DNA of 64,000 nt from Spirochaetia bacterium (GCA_963668315.1 OY764216.1:3552001-3616000); one strand, 5' to 3'. Positions 18,839-29,177 are shown, counted from the stretch's first letter. A program made the numbers and translations. Notes: generated from the sequence alone by a model not told the origin.

Positions 18839-20932
18839 ATGAAATCAAAAGGTCTGGCGTTCCGTCTCGTTTTGTCGATGGGAATACTCGTCATGGTTAT
18901 CCTCGGTGCCGTCATCGTGTTCGTAGGAGTCAGGTTAAGATCCGACCTTTCAAAGGTCATGGAAAATGACTATGAATCCATCGTTGAGGCGCGGGCCGCC
19001 GAGGTGGGGGAAATTATCGCCGGTCACTGGGATCAACTGGTCCTGCTTTCCTCCCTTGAAGACCTGACTGTCGGAGATCTGGAGAGGGCGAAAGCTGAAA
19101 TAGGGCCGATGCGTCGAACGGGCCTCGTCAAGGATATTATCTCGATTTCGGTTTTCGATGATACCGGAAAAGTAAAGCTTTCCAACGGAGGGTTCGGGGA
19201 CATCAGCGACCGGGACTACTTCAGAGCCATTTTCAATGAAGGACGCGACCGCTTTATAAGCCAAGTGCTTATCCCTCAAACCTTCACCAAACCTACGGTG
19301 ATGTTCGCCCTGGCCGTCCCTCAGCAGAACGGGAAGAGATTCGCCATCGTGATGCAGATATCCCTCGACTATCTTTCCGAAATCGTGAAGAGCATGACTC
19401 TTCTGGAAGGTTCCTACGGATGGATTACCGATGAGAATACCACGGTCATCGCCCATCCCTCGACCGATCTGATCATGAACTATAATCTGGCGGCTGTAAA
19501 GGAAGAGGGGGAGTCGGGTAATTCGGTTCGAGCCCTGGCCAGGAAATTCCAGTCGGAGGATCAAGGCATAGGGAACTATAAAAATGAGTCCGGCAGGGAC
19601 ATGACCGTGTGTTTCGCGACTATTCCGAATTCGCCCGACTGGAAAATAGCCATCGACACGCCCACCGTAGCTTTCTATGCCGCCAGCAACCAGCTGATGG
19701 AAACACTGCTGATTGTCTTCGCCATTGCCATGACTGTGACAATCTGCTTGGCAATCGTTCTTGCCCGTTCCATCACAAAGCCCGTCAAGCAGGTAGCGTC
19801 GGAGTTCAGAAACCTCGCCGAAGGAGACGCCGACCTGTCCCGATCATTGAAAATCAAAGCAAAGGATGAGGTCGGAGATCTTGTGGAAGACTTCAACCGT
19901 TTCATAGAAAACCTGCGATCCATGATCGTCAACCTGAAGGGGACCCAGACATCCCTCGGGGGAATAGTAGAGGAACTTCGGTCCAGTGTCTTGGGCAGTG
20001 TAAGCGCGGTTTCCCAGATAGACCAGCGCTCAGACCGGATGATGACCCTGGCTCAGGAGCAGGGTGACGGCGTGACACAATCCTCCAGCGCCGTAGAAGA
20101 GGTCGCCAGGAATATTGAAAACCTTGATGCACTGATCCAGAATCAGGCGGCGGCGATAACGCAGGCATCAGCATCGATTGAAGAGATGGTGGGGAATACG
20201 CTATCCGTCTCCAAATCCATGGGCATTATTGCCTCAAACTTCCACGAGATCAACGTGGCGACGGAAAAGGGCGTAGCCCTTCAGGAGCAGGCCGGCATAC
20301 AGGTCAAAATCATATCGGACCTGTCCAACACATTGATTGAAGCGAACGAAGTAATATCCGGTATCGCAGCCCAGACAAACCTCCTGGCCATGAATGCCGC
20401 CATTGAAGCGGCTCATGCGGGCGCTGCGGGAAAAGGATTTTCCGTAGTGGCAGATGAAATACGCCGGCTTGCTGAGACTTCCACGGTCCAGTCATCATCC
20501 ATAGGTAAGGACCTTATGAAAGTGCAGGATGGGATCTCGACTGTCGTGACGAATACCGGAGCCACGGGAGAGGCCTTTACCCTTCTGGCACAGCTCATAC
20601 ACGCCACAGGACGCCTTGTAAAAGAAGTAGGATCGGCTGTGGATGAACAGAGTGAGGGCTCGAATCAGGTATTGGAAGCCCTGAAAACCATGAATGAAAT
20701 CAGTGCCGAGGTCAGAGGCGGGTCAGCGGAAATGAGCAGCGGAAACAGGATGATTCTGGGTTCCGTATCCCGCATCATGGTAAGCGCCAGGGAAATTGAA
20801 ACCAGCACCAGAGAAGTCAGCCAGGGTGTGAGGGGTGTACAGGAGAGCTTCGGAACCATAGAGAACCTGAGCGGTAAGACCGAAGAGCTGATAACTCATA
20901 TGGAAGAGGCGATAGGCCGGTTCAAAGCTTAA
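18839..20932 (+). CDS. Methyl-accepting chemotaxis protein (dCache - HAMP - MCP signal)
   Basis: Two TM segments, Cache 'DRDYF', HAMP 'DEVGDL' and 'IAAQTNLLAMNAAIEAAHAGAAGKGFSVVADEIRRLAE'. SD AGGAG supports 18839 over 18731. Confidence 0.95.
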   Translation: MKSKGLAFRLVLSMGILVMVILGAVIVFVGVRLRSDLSKVMENDYESIVEARAAEVGEIIAGHWDQLVLLSSLEDLTVGDLERAKAEIGPMRRTGLVKDIISISVFDDTGKVKLSNGGFGDISDRDYFRAIFNEGRDRFISQVLIPQTFTKPTVMFALAVPQQNGKRFAIVMQISLDYLSEIVKSMTLLEGSYGWITDENTTVIAHPSTDLIMNYNLAAVKEEGESGNSVRALARKFQSEDQGIGNYKNESGRDMTVCFATIPNSPDWKIAIDTPTVAFYAASNQLMETLLIVFAIAMTVTICLAIVLARSITKPVKQVASEFRNLAEGDADLSRSLKIKAKDEVGDLVEDFNRFIENLRSMIVNLKGTQTSLGGIVEELRSSVLGSVSAVSQIDQRSDRMMTLAQEQGDGVTQSSSAVEEVARNIENLDALIQNQAAAITQASASIEEMVGNTLSVSKSMGIIASNFHEINVATEKGVALQEQAGIQVKIISDLSNTLIEANEVISGIAAQTNLLAMNAAIEAAHAGAAGKGFSVVADEIRRLAETSTVQSSSIGKDLMKVQDGISTVVTNTGATGEAFTLLAQLIHATGRLVKEVGSAVDEQSEGSNQVLEALKTMNEISAEVRGGSAEMSSGNRMILGSVSRIMVSAREIETSTREVSQGVRGVQESFGTIENLSGKTEELITHMEEAIGRFKA

Positions 20933-20941
20933 GCTGGGGCA

Positions 20942-20964
20942 ACTGTCGGCTCATTACCGACAGT
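20942..20964. terminator. Hairpin between the convergent MCP and VOC genes
   Basis: ACTGTCGG-ctcatta-CCGACAGT. Confidence 0.45.
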
Positions 20965-21033
20965 CTGCGCCATAGGTTTATTCAGAGCACGGGAACCGCG
21001 ATCAAACCACGGTCGGACTGAACGTACTTCTGC

Positions 21034-21747
21034 TTAGTTTCCGATAATCCGGATTCTCTCCCCGTTAGGAGACAAAATCTCCCTGCCTTTCCCCTCCATT
21101 CCCTCAATGATGATGGAATCAAAAGCTTTGCCTTCATATTTCTTATGGGTTATTCCCGCTATCTCATACAGTTCCACGATGTTGTCCCCCAGGCCCATCA
21201 TGGAGCAGTAGACATAGCTGCCCTCGTCTCCCAGCCTTTCGCTCATAAGGTCTGTAAAACCCAGGCCCAGGTAAAACGACTTCATTTCCTTCATATCGTA
21301 TACGGGGCAGCCGTAATGATCCAGTCCGAAGGCGAGCTGATTGAACTCCACGGGCGGTTTGTCCAGTCTCTGGGAAAGCTCCAGCTTAATGCCAAAATCG
21401 GTAAACACATTAAAAAACCACATGCCCGTACCCCAGACTTTGGGATTATAAAAGGGTTTTCCATCGCAGAGTTCCAGTCGGAACCCTTTTACCTTACAGT
21501 ATTCAAAAGCCTTATCTATATCCGCCGTTTCCAGGGCAATATGCTCCCAGCCCGTACAGGCCCCCCCGTCGCCGTAGAAGGGTTCGCAGGGTTGGTCCGC
21601 TTTGTAGACCCGGATACGGCAATTGCCGTTCGTTATATACCTGTACTCTCCTGTCGGGACGGGCCGCTCTGTAAAGCAAAAATTCTCACACATCCAGGAA
21701 ATAAAAGCCAGAGTATCATGAATCTTCAAAACTGATGTTATTTGCAT
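21034..21747 (-). CDS. VOC/glyoxalase-family protein (two domains)
   Basis: 'GWEHIALETADIDKA', 'KLELSQ', 'GLDHYGCPV...FYLGLGF', 'IVELYE' and 'SPNGERI'. Confidence 0.8.
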   Translation of the reverse strand: MQITSVLKIHDTLAFISWMCENFCFTERPVPTGEYRYITNGNCRIRVYKADQPCEPFYGDGGACTGWEHIALETADIDKAFEYCKVKGFRLELCDGKPFYNPKVWGTGMWFFNVFTDFGIKLELSQRLDKPPVEFNQLAFGLDHYGCPVYDMKEMKSFYLGLGFTDLMSERLGDEGSYVYCSMMGLGDNIVELYEIAGITHKKYEGKAFDSIIIEGMEGKGREILSPNGERIRIIGN

Positions 21748-21855
21748 GGCTTCACTCTATCTATATTCCCATCCCATGTCTATATGCTCAGGGAAATAAA
21801 GGGATAATGCGAAGGGCCCATTGAACGGGGAGTGTCCTTGGCCTATCATTAAGTT

Positions 21856-22278
21856 ATGGACAACATTCAGAAATTTCGAGACGCCCAGTCGGGGATATAC
21901 GAAACGGCTCTGCAGGAGATCCGGAACGGCAGGAAAAGGAGCCACTGGATATGGTATTTCTTCCCCCAGATCGTCGGACTGGGACACAGCTCCATCAGCC
22001 GGGCCTATGGGGTAAAATCCCCCGGAGAAGTACGTGAATATCTTGCGGATGAGATTTTGAGCCAGAGGCTCATCTCCATGACACAGGCTGTTATTGACAA
22101 TCCCCGTAGCATTGATGAGATCTTCGGCTATCCGGATAACCTGAAGTTCGTCTCCTCCATGACCCTGTTCGCCCGGTTCTCAAAGGAAGATTCTCTCTTC
22201 CGTAAAGCTCTGAAGGTAAAAAACGGGGGCAGAGAAGACGAACTTACCCTGGAAATTATGAACAGGAAAAACTGGTAG
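21856..22278 (+). CDS. DUF1810-family protein
   Basis: 'F.DAQ...YETALQEI.NGRK.SHWIWYFFPQI.GLG.S' and 'IFGYPDNLKF.SSMTLF'. Confidence 0.9.
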   Translation: MDNIQKFRDAQSGIYETALQEIRNGRKRSHWIWYFFPQIVGLGHSSISRAYGVKSPGEVREYLADEILSQRLISMTQAVIDNPRSIDEIFGYPDNLKFVSSMTLFARFSKEDSLFRKALKVKNGGREDELTLEIMNRKNW

Positions 22279-22389
22279 GTCCTAAAACTCCTTCATTCAA
22301 TGCCAGTGCACAAGCAATGTCGCTAAATACGGGAAGAATGGGATTGAAAACAACTTCACCGATGGAAGCAAGAGCTATTACGCAACTGC

Positions 22390-22415
22390 CAGAATGGCAG
22401 AATGGCAGAATGGCA
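22390..22415. repeat. 8-bp tandem repeat (CAGAATGG)x3
   Basis: cagaatgg cagaatgg cagaatgg ca, in non-coding DNA 3' of the tRNA. Confidence 0.8.
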
Positions 22416-22640
22416 ACTAAAATTCCGCTGTGAAGATCAATGCCAGGGGCCTTAGCTGTGACTCTAACTTCTGGATTATATCAGCTCTTATTCGGTGGTG
22501 AACTTCTTATAAAGAAGAACGGCCCATCACAAAACTACTTCTTCCCGAGTTAAATTCTCGTTTTACAGTAGTAATGCTTGGTCCGATATTACGGCAGCCA
22601 TTACGGCTTTAAATATTTGCTTTGAAAAGCAATTGTAAAG

Positions 22641-22712
22641 AGCCAACGGTCGGAATTGAACCGACGACCTACGCTTTACGAGAGCGTTGCTCTACCCCTG
22701 AGCTACGTTGGC
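22641..22712 (-). tRNA. tRNA-Thr (anticodon CGT)
   Basis: GCCAACG acceptor stem, D arm GCTC/GAGC, anticodon arm ACGCT-ctCGTaa-AGCGT and T arm GTCGG-TTCAATT-CCGAC; no encoded CCA. Confidence 0.97.
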
Positions 22713-22724
22713 TTGCAGGTAGGC

Positions 22725-22753
22725 ACTATATCAGAAGAGCGGTATTTTGGCAA
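22725..22753 (-). promoter_or_regulatory. sigma70 promoter of tRNA-Thr
   Basis: TTGCCA-17nt-TATAGT on the minus strand. Confidence 0.75.
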
Positions 22754-22867
22754 GACGTATAAAAATATATCTTCCAAAAAGTTCTCTTTTGAATTTTTTC
22801 CCATTCTAACTATATAACCAAATGTTCTGTTTGTCTGCCTTAAATGATCGGCGATTCCTATTTTTTA

Positions 22868-22896
22868 TTGACAACCGAAAGGGGATGCTCTACCTT
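22868..22896 (+). promoter_or_regulatory. sigma70 promoter of ppdK
   Basis: TTGACA-17nt-TACCTT. Confidence 0.65.
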
Positions 22897-22947
22897 TAAT
22901 AGCGAAGTTCAGTACGTTGTTAACGTAAAAAAAGTAAGGAAGATGAA

Positions 22948-25611
22948 ATGGAAAAAAAGCACGTATATTTCTTCGGAAACGGAAAAGCTGAAGGAAAAGC
23001 CGAAATGAAGGAGTTCCTTGGAGGAAAAGGAGCTAATCTGGCAGAAATGACAAATCTCGGCATACCCGTTCCTCCCGGATTTACCATCAGTACCGAAGCT
23101 TGTGATATTTATTATAGAAACAACCAATCCTATCCCCAGGACATCATCGATCAGGTGGAAGCAAACCTCGCGAAACTGGAGAAAACCATGGGTAAAACCC
23201 TGGGCGACGCCAATGATCCTCTTCTGGTTTCCGTCCGTTCTGGAGCTGCCATTTCCATGCCCGGCATGATGGATACGGTCCTCAATCTGGGGCTGAATGA
23301 AAAAGCCGTTGCCGGTATTGCCAGGAACACGGGGAATGACCGTTTTGCCTGGGACGCCTACCGCCGTTTTATCCAGATGTTCGGAGACGTGGTTAAGGGC
23401 GTACCCCATCATGATTTCGAAGAAGCCCTGGATAATGTAAAAAAATCCAAAGGGGTGGAGAACGACATAGACCTGACGGCTGAAGACCTTCAGGAAGTGG
23501 TTAAAAAATATTTAGTGGTATATAAAAATGCGGTCAAAGAAGACTTCCCCCAGGATCCCAAAGTTCAGCTTTGGGGTGCCATTGATGCCGTTTTCGGTTC
23601 CTGGCACAATGAAAGAGCCCTCAAGTATATGGAGATCAACAAGATCACCGGTCTTCTGGGGACGGCGGTAAATGTCCAGTCCATGGTATTCGGAAACTGG
23701 TCTGAAGATTCCGGTACGGGCGTCTGTTTTTCCCGGGATCCCTCCACGGGGGAACGGTACTTCTACGGCGAATACCTTATGAACGCCCAGGGAGAAGATG
23801 TGGTGGCCGGAATCAGGACGCCCGAGTCCATCACCGACCTGGAAAACAAAAATCCCGTTGTTTACAAGCAGCTGGTCGATATCAAGGACAGGCTGGAAAA
23901 TCATTATCACGACATGCAGGATATGGAATTTACCATTCAGGAAGGTTCACTGTATCTTCTGCAGACGAGAAACGGCAAAAGGACAGGACCGGCTGCGGTG
24001 CGCATGGCCGTGGAAATGGTGGCCGAGGGACTGATCGATAGGGAAACAGCCCTCCAGAGGGTCACCCCCGAACAGTTGGATCAGCTGCTCCATCCCATGA
24101 TCGATTCTTCTGTCAAGAAAACCCTCAATTCCATAGCCGTCGGGCTGAATGCTTCCCCCGGCGCCGCCTGCGGTCAGATTGTCTTTACCGCCGATGAAGC
24201 GGAAAAATGGGCCTCCGACGGAAAGAAGGTTCTTCTTGTCAGAAAAGATACGAGCCCCGAGGATATCGGAGGAATGCATGTTTCCGAAGGAATCCTCACA
24301 AGCACGGGCGGTATGACCAGTCACGCCGCCGTTGTGGCCAGAGGAATGGGAACTCCCTGCGTGGCGGGATGCAAGGAACTTTCCATCAGCGAAAGCGGTA
24401 AAACCCTTACGGTGAAGGGGAAAACATATAAAGAGGGCGATTTCATCTCCATAGACGGATCGGACGGATCTGTCTATGAAGGGGCCATCGAACTTGTCGC
24501 GCCCGAACTGTCGGGTACCCTGAATTCCCTTCTGGCCTGGGCCGATGAGATCGCCGCGGGAGCAAAACGGGAAGGAGTGGTGGACGGCTTCAAAGTCCGG
24601 GCCAATGCGGATCAGCCGGTGGATGCGGCAAAAGCCATTGAGTTCGGTGCCACGGGTATAGGTCTGTGCCGTACGGAGCACATGTTTTTCGATGAAGAAA
24701 AACTGGAAAAATTCCGTATCATGATTGTGGCTGACAGTCTTGAAGAGAGAATCGAATCCCTGCAGGAGATCCTCAAGCATCAGATTGGTGACTTCGTGGA
24801 GATTTTTCGCATTATGGACGGTTTGCCCGTCAATGTCCGCCTTCTTGATCCGCCCCTCCATGAATTTGTCCCCCATACGGACCGGGAAATCGAAGCTCTG
24901 GCCAAGGCCACGGGCAAGGATATCAACCTGCTTAAGAACAAGATCAGCTCCCTGCACGAATTGAATCCCATGCTGGGCCATCGGGGATGCCGCCTTGGTA
25001 TCACCTATCCCGAGATTTACGACATGCAGGTGGAAGCCATTATGAAGGCCGCAGTGAAAGTTGCCGGAGAGGGAGTGAAAGTGCTTCCCGAAATAATGAT
25101 TCCCCTGGTAGGAACGGTGAACGAACTGGAACCGCTCAGAGCCAATGCGGAAAAAGTCATAAAGAGAGTCCTTGACGAGGCCGGGGTCTCCATTGATTAC
25201 CAGCTCGGGACAATGATCGAAATCCCCCGGGCGGCTCTTACCGCCGAGGATGTGGCAAAGCACGCCGATTACTTCTCCTTCGGAACCAATGACCTGACCC
25301 AGATGACCTTCGGCTATTCACGGGATGACATAAACGGATTTCTCCCTGATTATCTGAAGCAGAAGATTCTCCATGCCGATCCTTTCCAGACGATTGATCA
25401 GCATGGGGTGGGACTGCTGGTGAAAATGGCTGTGGAAAAGGGAAGGACAACCAAACCCAAACTGAAGACCAGTATCTGCGGTGAGCACGGAGGAGATCCC
25501 GCATCCATTGATTTCTGCTACAGAGCAGGTCTGAATGTCGTCTCCTGTTCGCCCTACCGGGTTCCCATCGCCCGGCTGGCAGCCGCACAGGCCGTTCTTA
25601 ATAATAAATAG
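22948..25611 (+). CDS. ppdK: Pyruvate, phosphate dikinase
   Basis: 'LGGKGANLAEM', 'SVRSGA..SMPGMMDT', phospho-His 'GGMTSHAAVVARG', 'GLCRTEHMF' and 'SFGTNDLTQ'. Confidence 0.98.
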   Translation: MEKKHVYFFGNGKAEGKAEMKEFLGGKGANLAEMTNLGIPVPPGFTISTEACDIYYRNNQSYPQDIIDQVEANLAKLEKTMGKTLGDANDPLLVSVRSGAAISMPGMMDTVLNLGLNEKAVAGIARNTGNDRFAWDAYRRFIQMFGDVVKGVPHHDFEEALDNVKKSKGVENDIDLTAEDLQEVVKKYLVVYKNAVKEDFPQDPKVQLWGAIDAVFGSWHNERALKYMEINKITGLLGTAVNVQSMVFGNWSEDSGTGVCFSRDPSTGERYFYGEYLMNAQGEDVVAGIRTPESITDLENKNPVVYKQLVDIKDRLENHYHDMQDMEFTIQEGSLYLLQTRNGKRTGPAAVRMAVEMVAEGLIDRETALQRVTPEQLDQLLHPMIDSSVKKTLNSIAVGLNASPGAACGQIVFTADEAEKWASDGKKVLLVRKDTSPEDIGGMHVSEGILTSTGGMTSHAAVVARGMGTPCVAGCKELSISESGKTLTVKGKTYKEGDFISIDGSDGSVYEGAIELVAPELSGTLNSLLAWADEIAAGAKREGVVDGFKVRANADQPVDAAKAIEFGATGIGLCRTEHMFFDEEKLEKFRIMIVADSLEERIESLQEILKHQIGDFVEIFRIMDGLPVNVRLLDPPLHEFVPHTDREIEALAKATGKDINLLKNKISSLHELNPMLGHRGCRLGITYPEIYDMQVEAIMKAAVKVAGEGVKVLPEIMIPLVGTVNELEPLRANAEKVIKRVLDEAGVSIDYQLGTMIEIPRAALTAEDVAKHADYFSFGTNDLTQMTFGYSRDDINGFLPDYLKQKILHADPFQTIDQHGVGLLVKMAVEKGRTTKPKLKTSICGEHGGDPASIDFCYRAGLNVVSCSPYRVPIARLAAAQAVLNNK

Positions 25612-25628
25612 TTTCTATTATTAAGAAG

Positions 25629-25662
25629 AAAAGCCTCTATCCGCAAGGTAGGGGCTTTTTTT
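25629..25662 (+). terminator. Rho-independent terminator after ppdK
   Basis: AAAAGCCTCTATCC-GCAA-GGTAGGGGCTTTTTTT. Confidence 0.85.
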
Positions 25663-25758
25663 ATGAAAATAAGAAATAAATATACCAAATGGCACCTACC
25701 TGGAAAATGAAATGTGCTATAATTTTAGTAAACAGTTAGACGAATAAGGAGTTCTATC

Positions 25759-26289
25759 ATGAAATTTTCAGAAATGGATGAACGTATTCAGAATCACATA
25801 ATTAAAAATGTACTTACCCCTTCCGGACTGGAAGACAATGAAATCAATAAAGAGATGATGGCGACCGCCTGGTTTAACAAGGAAGAAGCCTTTACGACAC
25901 AGTTGGCCAACCTGGGAATGGAAGAGGTCGATTCCCTGTCTGAGAACGAAGAAAAAGCCGCCCTGGCGCTGACTTTTTCCGGTTCCCTTATCGGGATCGG
26001 ACCGATGGAAGGCGAACACCGCCAGGTGATTTACTCCAGTATCGGGATGAGAAGGGATGTTCCCAATCAGGCAGTGTCCGACAACTCTTCCATTAAGGGT
26101 GATTTGAAGATAGGGGAGGAAGCCCATTTCGCAGGCGGCCCCATTGTCAAGAGTTCCCCTTTGTACAAAATTGCCCTGATTAAGGATGAAGTACTTCCCA
26201 TAGAGGATCAGCGCCATACGATCAGCGAAGCAACAAGGATCATCACCGAGGAATTCGTGGATGTGAACAAAACGGTCATTGTTGAATAA
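25759..26289 (+). CDS. Hypothetical protein, first gene of the kinase/phosphatase operon
   Basis: 176 aa, acidic and soluble; SD AAGGAG; extended -10 TGTGcTATAAT at 25713-25723. No family recognised. Confidence 0.8.
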   Translation: MKFSEMDERIQNHIIKNVLTPSGLEDNEINKEMMATAWFNKEEAFTTQLANLGMEEVDSLSENEEKAALALTFSGSLIGIGPMEGEHRQVIYSSIGMRRDVPNQAVSDNSSIKGDLKIGEEAHFAGGPIVKSSPLYKIALIKDEVLPIEDQRHTISEATRIITEEFVDVNKTVIVE

Positions 26290-26291
26290 AT

Positions 26292-27299
26292 ATGCCGGAA
26301 GATTTTGCGGGGCTGATCAGAACCCTAGAAAGATTTGCTAATTTGAAAACCACCCCCCCCCGGGAACAGCTGGAGGATCTTCTCTCCTCTGTGACCTTTC
26401 TCCTGAATCAGGAAAATCCTCTGGTCCGTCCCCTGGACAGGGAAGGACTCTCGGGAGGATTGATCTTACTCCGTGATGATATCCCCACCCTTATCATTCC
26501 CGATATACACGGGAGAAGGGATTTTATGATGGATTTTCTTAACTGGAACTACGGTCCCGGTCCTGTCCTGGAAGGACTCTATAAGGAAGAGATCCAGGTG
26601 GTATGCGTCGGAGACGGTTTTCACACGGAAAAACGGGGGGCCCTGCGCTGGCAGGAAGCCTTTCAGGAGTACGCCCAGGGTTTCAAGAAACATAAGAATA
26701 TGGATCGCGAAATGGCGGACAGCATGGGCGTCATGGCTATGGTCATGCTTCTGAAGAGAGCATTTCCCGATAATTTTCATTTCCTCAAGGGAAACCATGA
26801 AAACATAAAGAACGAAAATAACGAATCGGACCGCTCTTTCGGTAAATACGCCTACGAGGGCGCCATGGTCAGGGAATGGGTGGAACTGTTTCTGGGCGAG
26901 GATTTTCTGGATTCCTGGAGCGCCTTTGAGCAATCCCTGCCCATTTTTGTGGTGGGCAGACATTTTCTGATCTCCCATGCGGAACCTTTATGCTTCCACG
27001 GAAGGGAAGAGATCATTAATTACCGGGATGACCGGACGATTGTATTCGACTTCAGCTGGACAGGAAATGATCAGTCCGAACCGGGATCCGTGGCCGCCAT
27101 GCTGCGGAGTTTTCTGCCCGAAGTTGAGAATCCCTACTACTTCGGAGGACACCGGCCGGTACCGAATCTCTATCAGACAAGGGCCGAAGGGAAATACGTT
27201 CAGATTCATAATCCGGAAAAAGAGATCGTCGCTCTGATTCATCCGGAGGAACTGATAGATTTGGATATAGTTATTAAAGAAATAAAGCGAGAGGGTTAA
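26292..27299 (+). CDS. Calcineurin-like metallophosphoesterase (putative Ser/Thr phosphatase)
   Basis: Five motifs 'PDIHG', 'VGDGFH', 'KGNHE', 'ISHA' and 'GGHRP'. Confidence 0.88.
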   Translation: MPEDFAGLIRTLERFANLKTTPPREQLEDLLSSVTFLLNQENPLVRPLDREGLSGGLILLRDDIPTLIIPDIHGRRDFMMDFLNWNYGPGPVLEGLYKEEIQVVCVGDGFHTEKRGALRWQEAFQEYAQGFKKHKNMDREMADSMGVMAMVMLLKRAFPDNFHFLKGNHENIKNENNESDRSFGKYAYEGAMVREWVELFLGEDFLDSWSAFEQSLPIFVVGRHFLISHAEPLCFHGREEIINYRDDRTIVFDFSWTGNDQSEPGSVAAMLRSFLPEVENPYYFGGHRPVPNLYQTRAEGKYVQIHNPEKEIVALIHPEELIDLDIVIKEIKREG

Positions 27300-27300
27300 G

Positions 27301-29172
27301 GTGGCAAAAGTACCAGCGAAAATCGGAAAATACCCCATCGAGGAATTGGTGGCGGAAGGAGGCATGGGTGCCGTCTATAAAGGGATGCATCCGACTCTGA
27401 ACAGACCGGTAATTCTCAAACGACTGACCTTGAAAAACAGCGAGCACCTGACGGAGCGATTCCGCAGGGAAGCCCGGATGATGATGAATTTCAAAAATGA
27501 GAACATTGTCAATTTCTATGACCATTTCAAGGCGGGGGACTCTTACTATATTGTTCTGGAGTATATTGACGGTTCGGACTTAAACAATCTCCTTACCAAA
27601 GAGCGTTATCTGAACTGCGATCTGGCTCTCTATATCTTCAGGGAAAGCTGTAAGGCTCTCAAATATGCCCACAAGCATCAGGTCATTCACAGGGATATCA
27701 AACCGGCCAATATCATGTTCAATACCTCCGGGGAGGTTAAGCTTGTTGATTTCGGCGTCGCCCACGAGGGAACCGAGGAAGAGGCCGGACTCACTACCGA
27801 CGGAATGACTGTGGGGACACCATCCTACATGGCGCCCGAGCAGTTTCAAAGCTCGAAGAGCGTTGATGCCCGGGCCGATATCTACTCCATGGGCGTTATG
27901 CTCTACCAGATGGTAACGGGCAAAAAGCCTTTTCCCGGCGGTTATTCCCCCGAGCTGATAGCAGCCATCCAGAAGAACAAATACATCCCCCCCAGAAAAC
28001 TGAACCCCGATATTAACCGGATCACCGCTAAGATTATCCGCAAATGCATGAAGGCCAAGGCGGATAAGCGCTATAGAAGCGTTGACGAGATCCTCTTTAT
28101 ACTCGACCGCTACTTCAGAAAGCTGGATGAATCGAGTCTGGTGGAAGAGCTTAAGGCCCGCATCGCCGGAGAAGAAATCCCCGAGAAGAAAAAGCGTAAA
28201 CTTCGCCTATCCCGTATATTCTGGGCTCTCGGTCTTGTTCTGTTTCTCGGAGCCGCCGGAAGTGTGGCCTACTGGCTGGGCCTTTTCCATGAGTATGTTT
28301 TCACCGACAAATGGAGCCGCCTCAATCTGGAGATAGAAGTACCCAGTGCCTACAAGCGGGCTGAACAGATCTATACCAACGTTGAGATCTTCCAGGATGA
28401 CGATCAAAGCATCCCCGAGGTGGATCACAAAGTCTTCCTGCGAAACACCAGTTCCGATGAGGACACCTATCATTTCCAGAGTCTGCCCGTCTACCTGGAG
28501 ACCGGACGATACCGGCTCAAGATTCAGGTGGAGGACATTCTCTACTGGTATACCCTCTATCTGCCGCCCCGCTCGGAACAGAAACAGGATCCCTCGACGG
28601 AGAAGGGGGAAACCCTTTCCCTCTCCATTACCGACCTTCCCGTATCCGATGTGGAGGTAAGCTGGAGGGTCAGGGACTGCTTCAGTAAAGCGGCTCTGGA
28701 TAGGGATCTTTCCATCAAAATCTTCAGCGGGGGTGATTGGATCCCCTTCGATAAAGAGGAAGAGACCCTTCTCTCCGGCCGTGTCCATAAGTTCAGATTC
28801 GAAAAGGATGGCTACTATCCCAAGGAATACTCCCTGAGGCTCTATCCTTTCCAGAAAAGACTGACGATAGAAGTGGAAATGACTCCCCTGGCGACGAAAC
28901 TGGTCATAGACAGCTCCCTTGAAAAAGCGTCCATGACGCTTAACGGCAGGCAATGGTACATTGAAGGGACCTCTGTTGGTATGATGAAGGATATTCCCCT
29001 TCTTACCAAAGGGGAAAATTCCCTGGACCTTGTCCCCGGGATTTACCTGATAGAATTGAAAAGCGGAAGGAAAACCGCTTCTATGGAACTTAATCTTGAA
29101 AGGGGTCAATCATATAACATGGCCCTGGACTTGAATGAAGACAAATCTGATCTGCTTTTAACTGAGGAGTAA
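27301..29172 (+). CDS. Membrane Hanks-type Ser/Thr protein kinase with periplasmic PEGA-like beta domains
   Basis: 'EGGMGAVY', 'VILK', 'HRDIKPAN', 'DFG', 'GTPSYMAPE' and 'DIYSMG'; one TM segment; 'KDGYYP' and 'PGIYLIEL'. Confidence 0.95.
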   Translation: MAKVPAKIGKYPIEELVAEGGMGAVYKGMHPTLNRPVILKRLTLKNSEHLTERFRREARMMMNFKNENIVNFYDHFKAGDSYYIVLEYIDGSDLNNLLTKERYLNCDLALYIFRESCKALKYAHKHQVIHRDIKPANIMFNTSGEVKLVDFGVAHEGTEEEAGLTTDGMTVGTPSYMAPEQFQSSKSVDARADIYSMGVMLYQMVTGKKPFPGGYSPELIAAIQKNKYIPPRKLNPDINRITAKIIRKCMKAKADKRYRSVDEILFILDRYFRKLDESSLVEELKARIAGEEIPEKKKRKLRLSRIFWALGLVLFLGAAGSVAYWLGLFHEYVFTDKWSRLNLEIEVPSAYKRAEQIYTNVEIFQDDDQSIPEVDHKVFLRNTSSDEDTYHFQSLPVYLETGRYRLKIQVEDILYWYTLYLPPRSEQKQDPSTEKGETLSLSITDLPVSDVEVSWRVRDCFSKAALDRDLSIKIFSGGDWIPFDKEEETLLSGRVHKFRFEKDGYYPKEYSLRLYPFQKRLTIEVEMTPLATKLVIDSSLEKASMTLNGRQWYIEGTSVGMMKDIPLLTKGENSLDLVPGIYLIELKSGRKTASMELNLERGQSYNMALDLNEDKSDLLLTEE

Positions 29173-29177
29173 GAACG

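Noticed and set aside
22279..22640. Short ORFs or a CRISPR-like array next to the tRNA
   Set aside because: There is only an 8-bp x3 tandem repeat with no spacers, and the translations show no recognisable motif.
1..22640. Prophage, ICE or IS element
   Set aside because: No integrase, transposase, relaxase, phage structural gene or terminal repeat was seen.
26353..26361. C9 tract near the 5' end of the phosphoesterase gene as a phase-variation switch
   Set aside because: A run of equal length occurs in murB (39056-39064) and a C8 run at 17922-17929, so the tract is not distinctive. The frame is intact.
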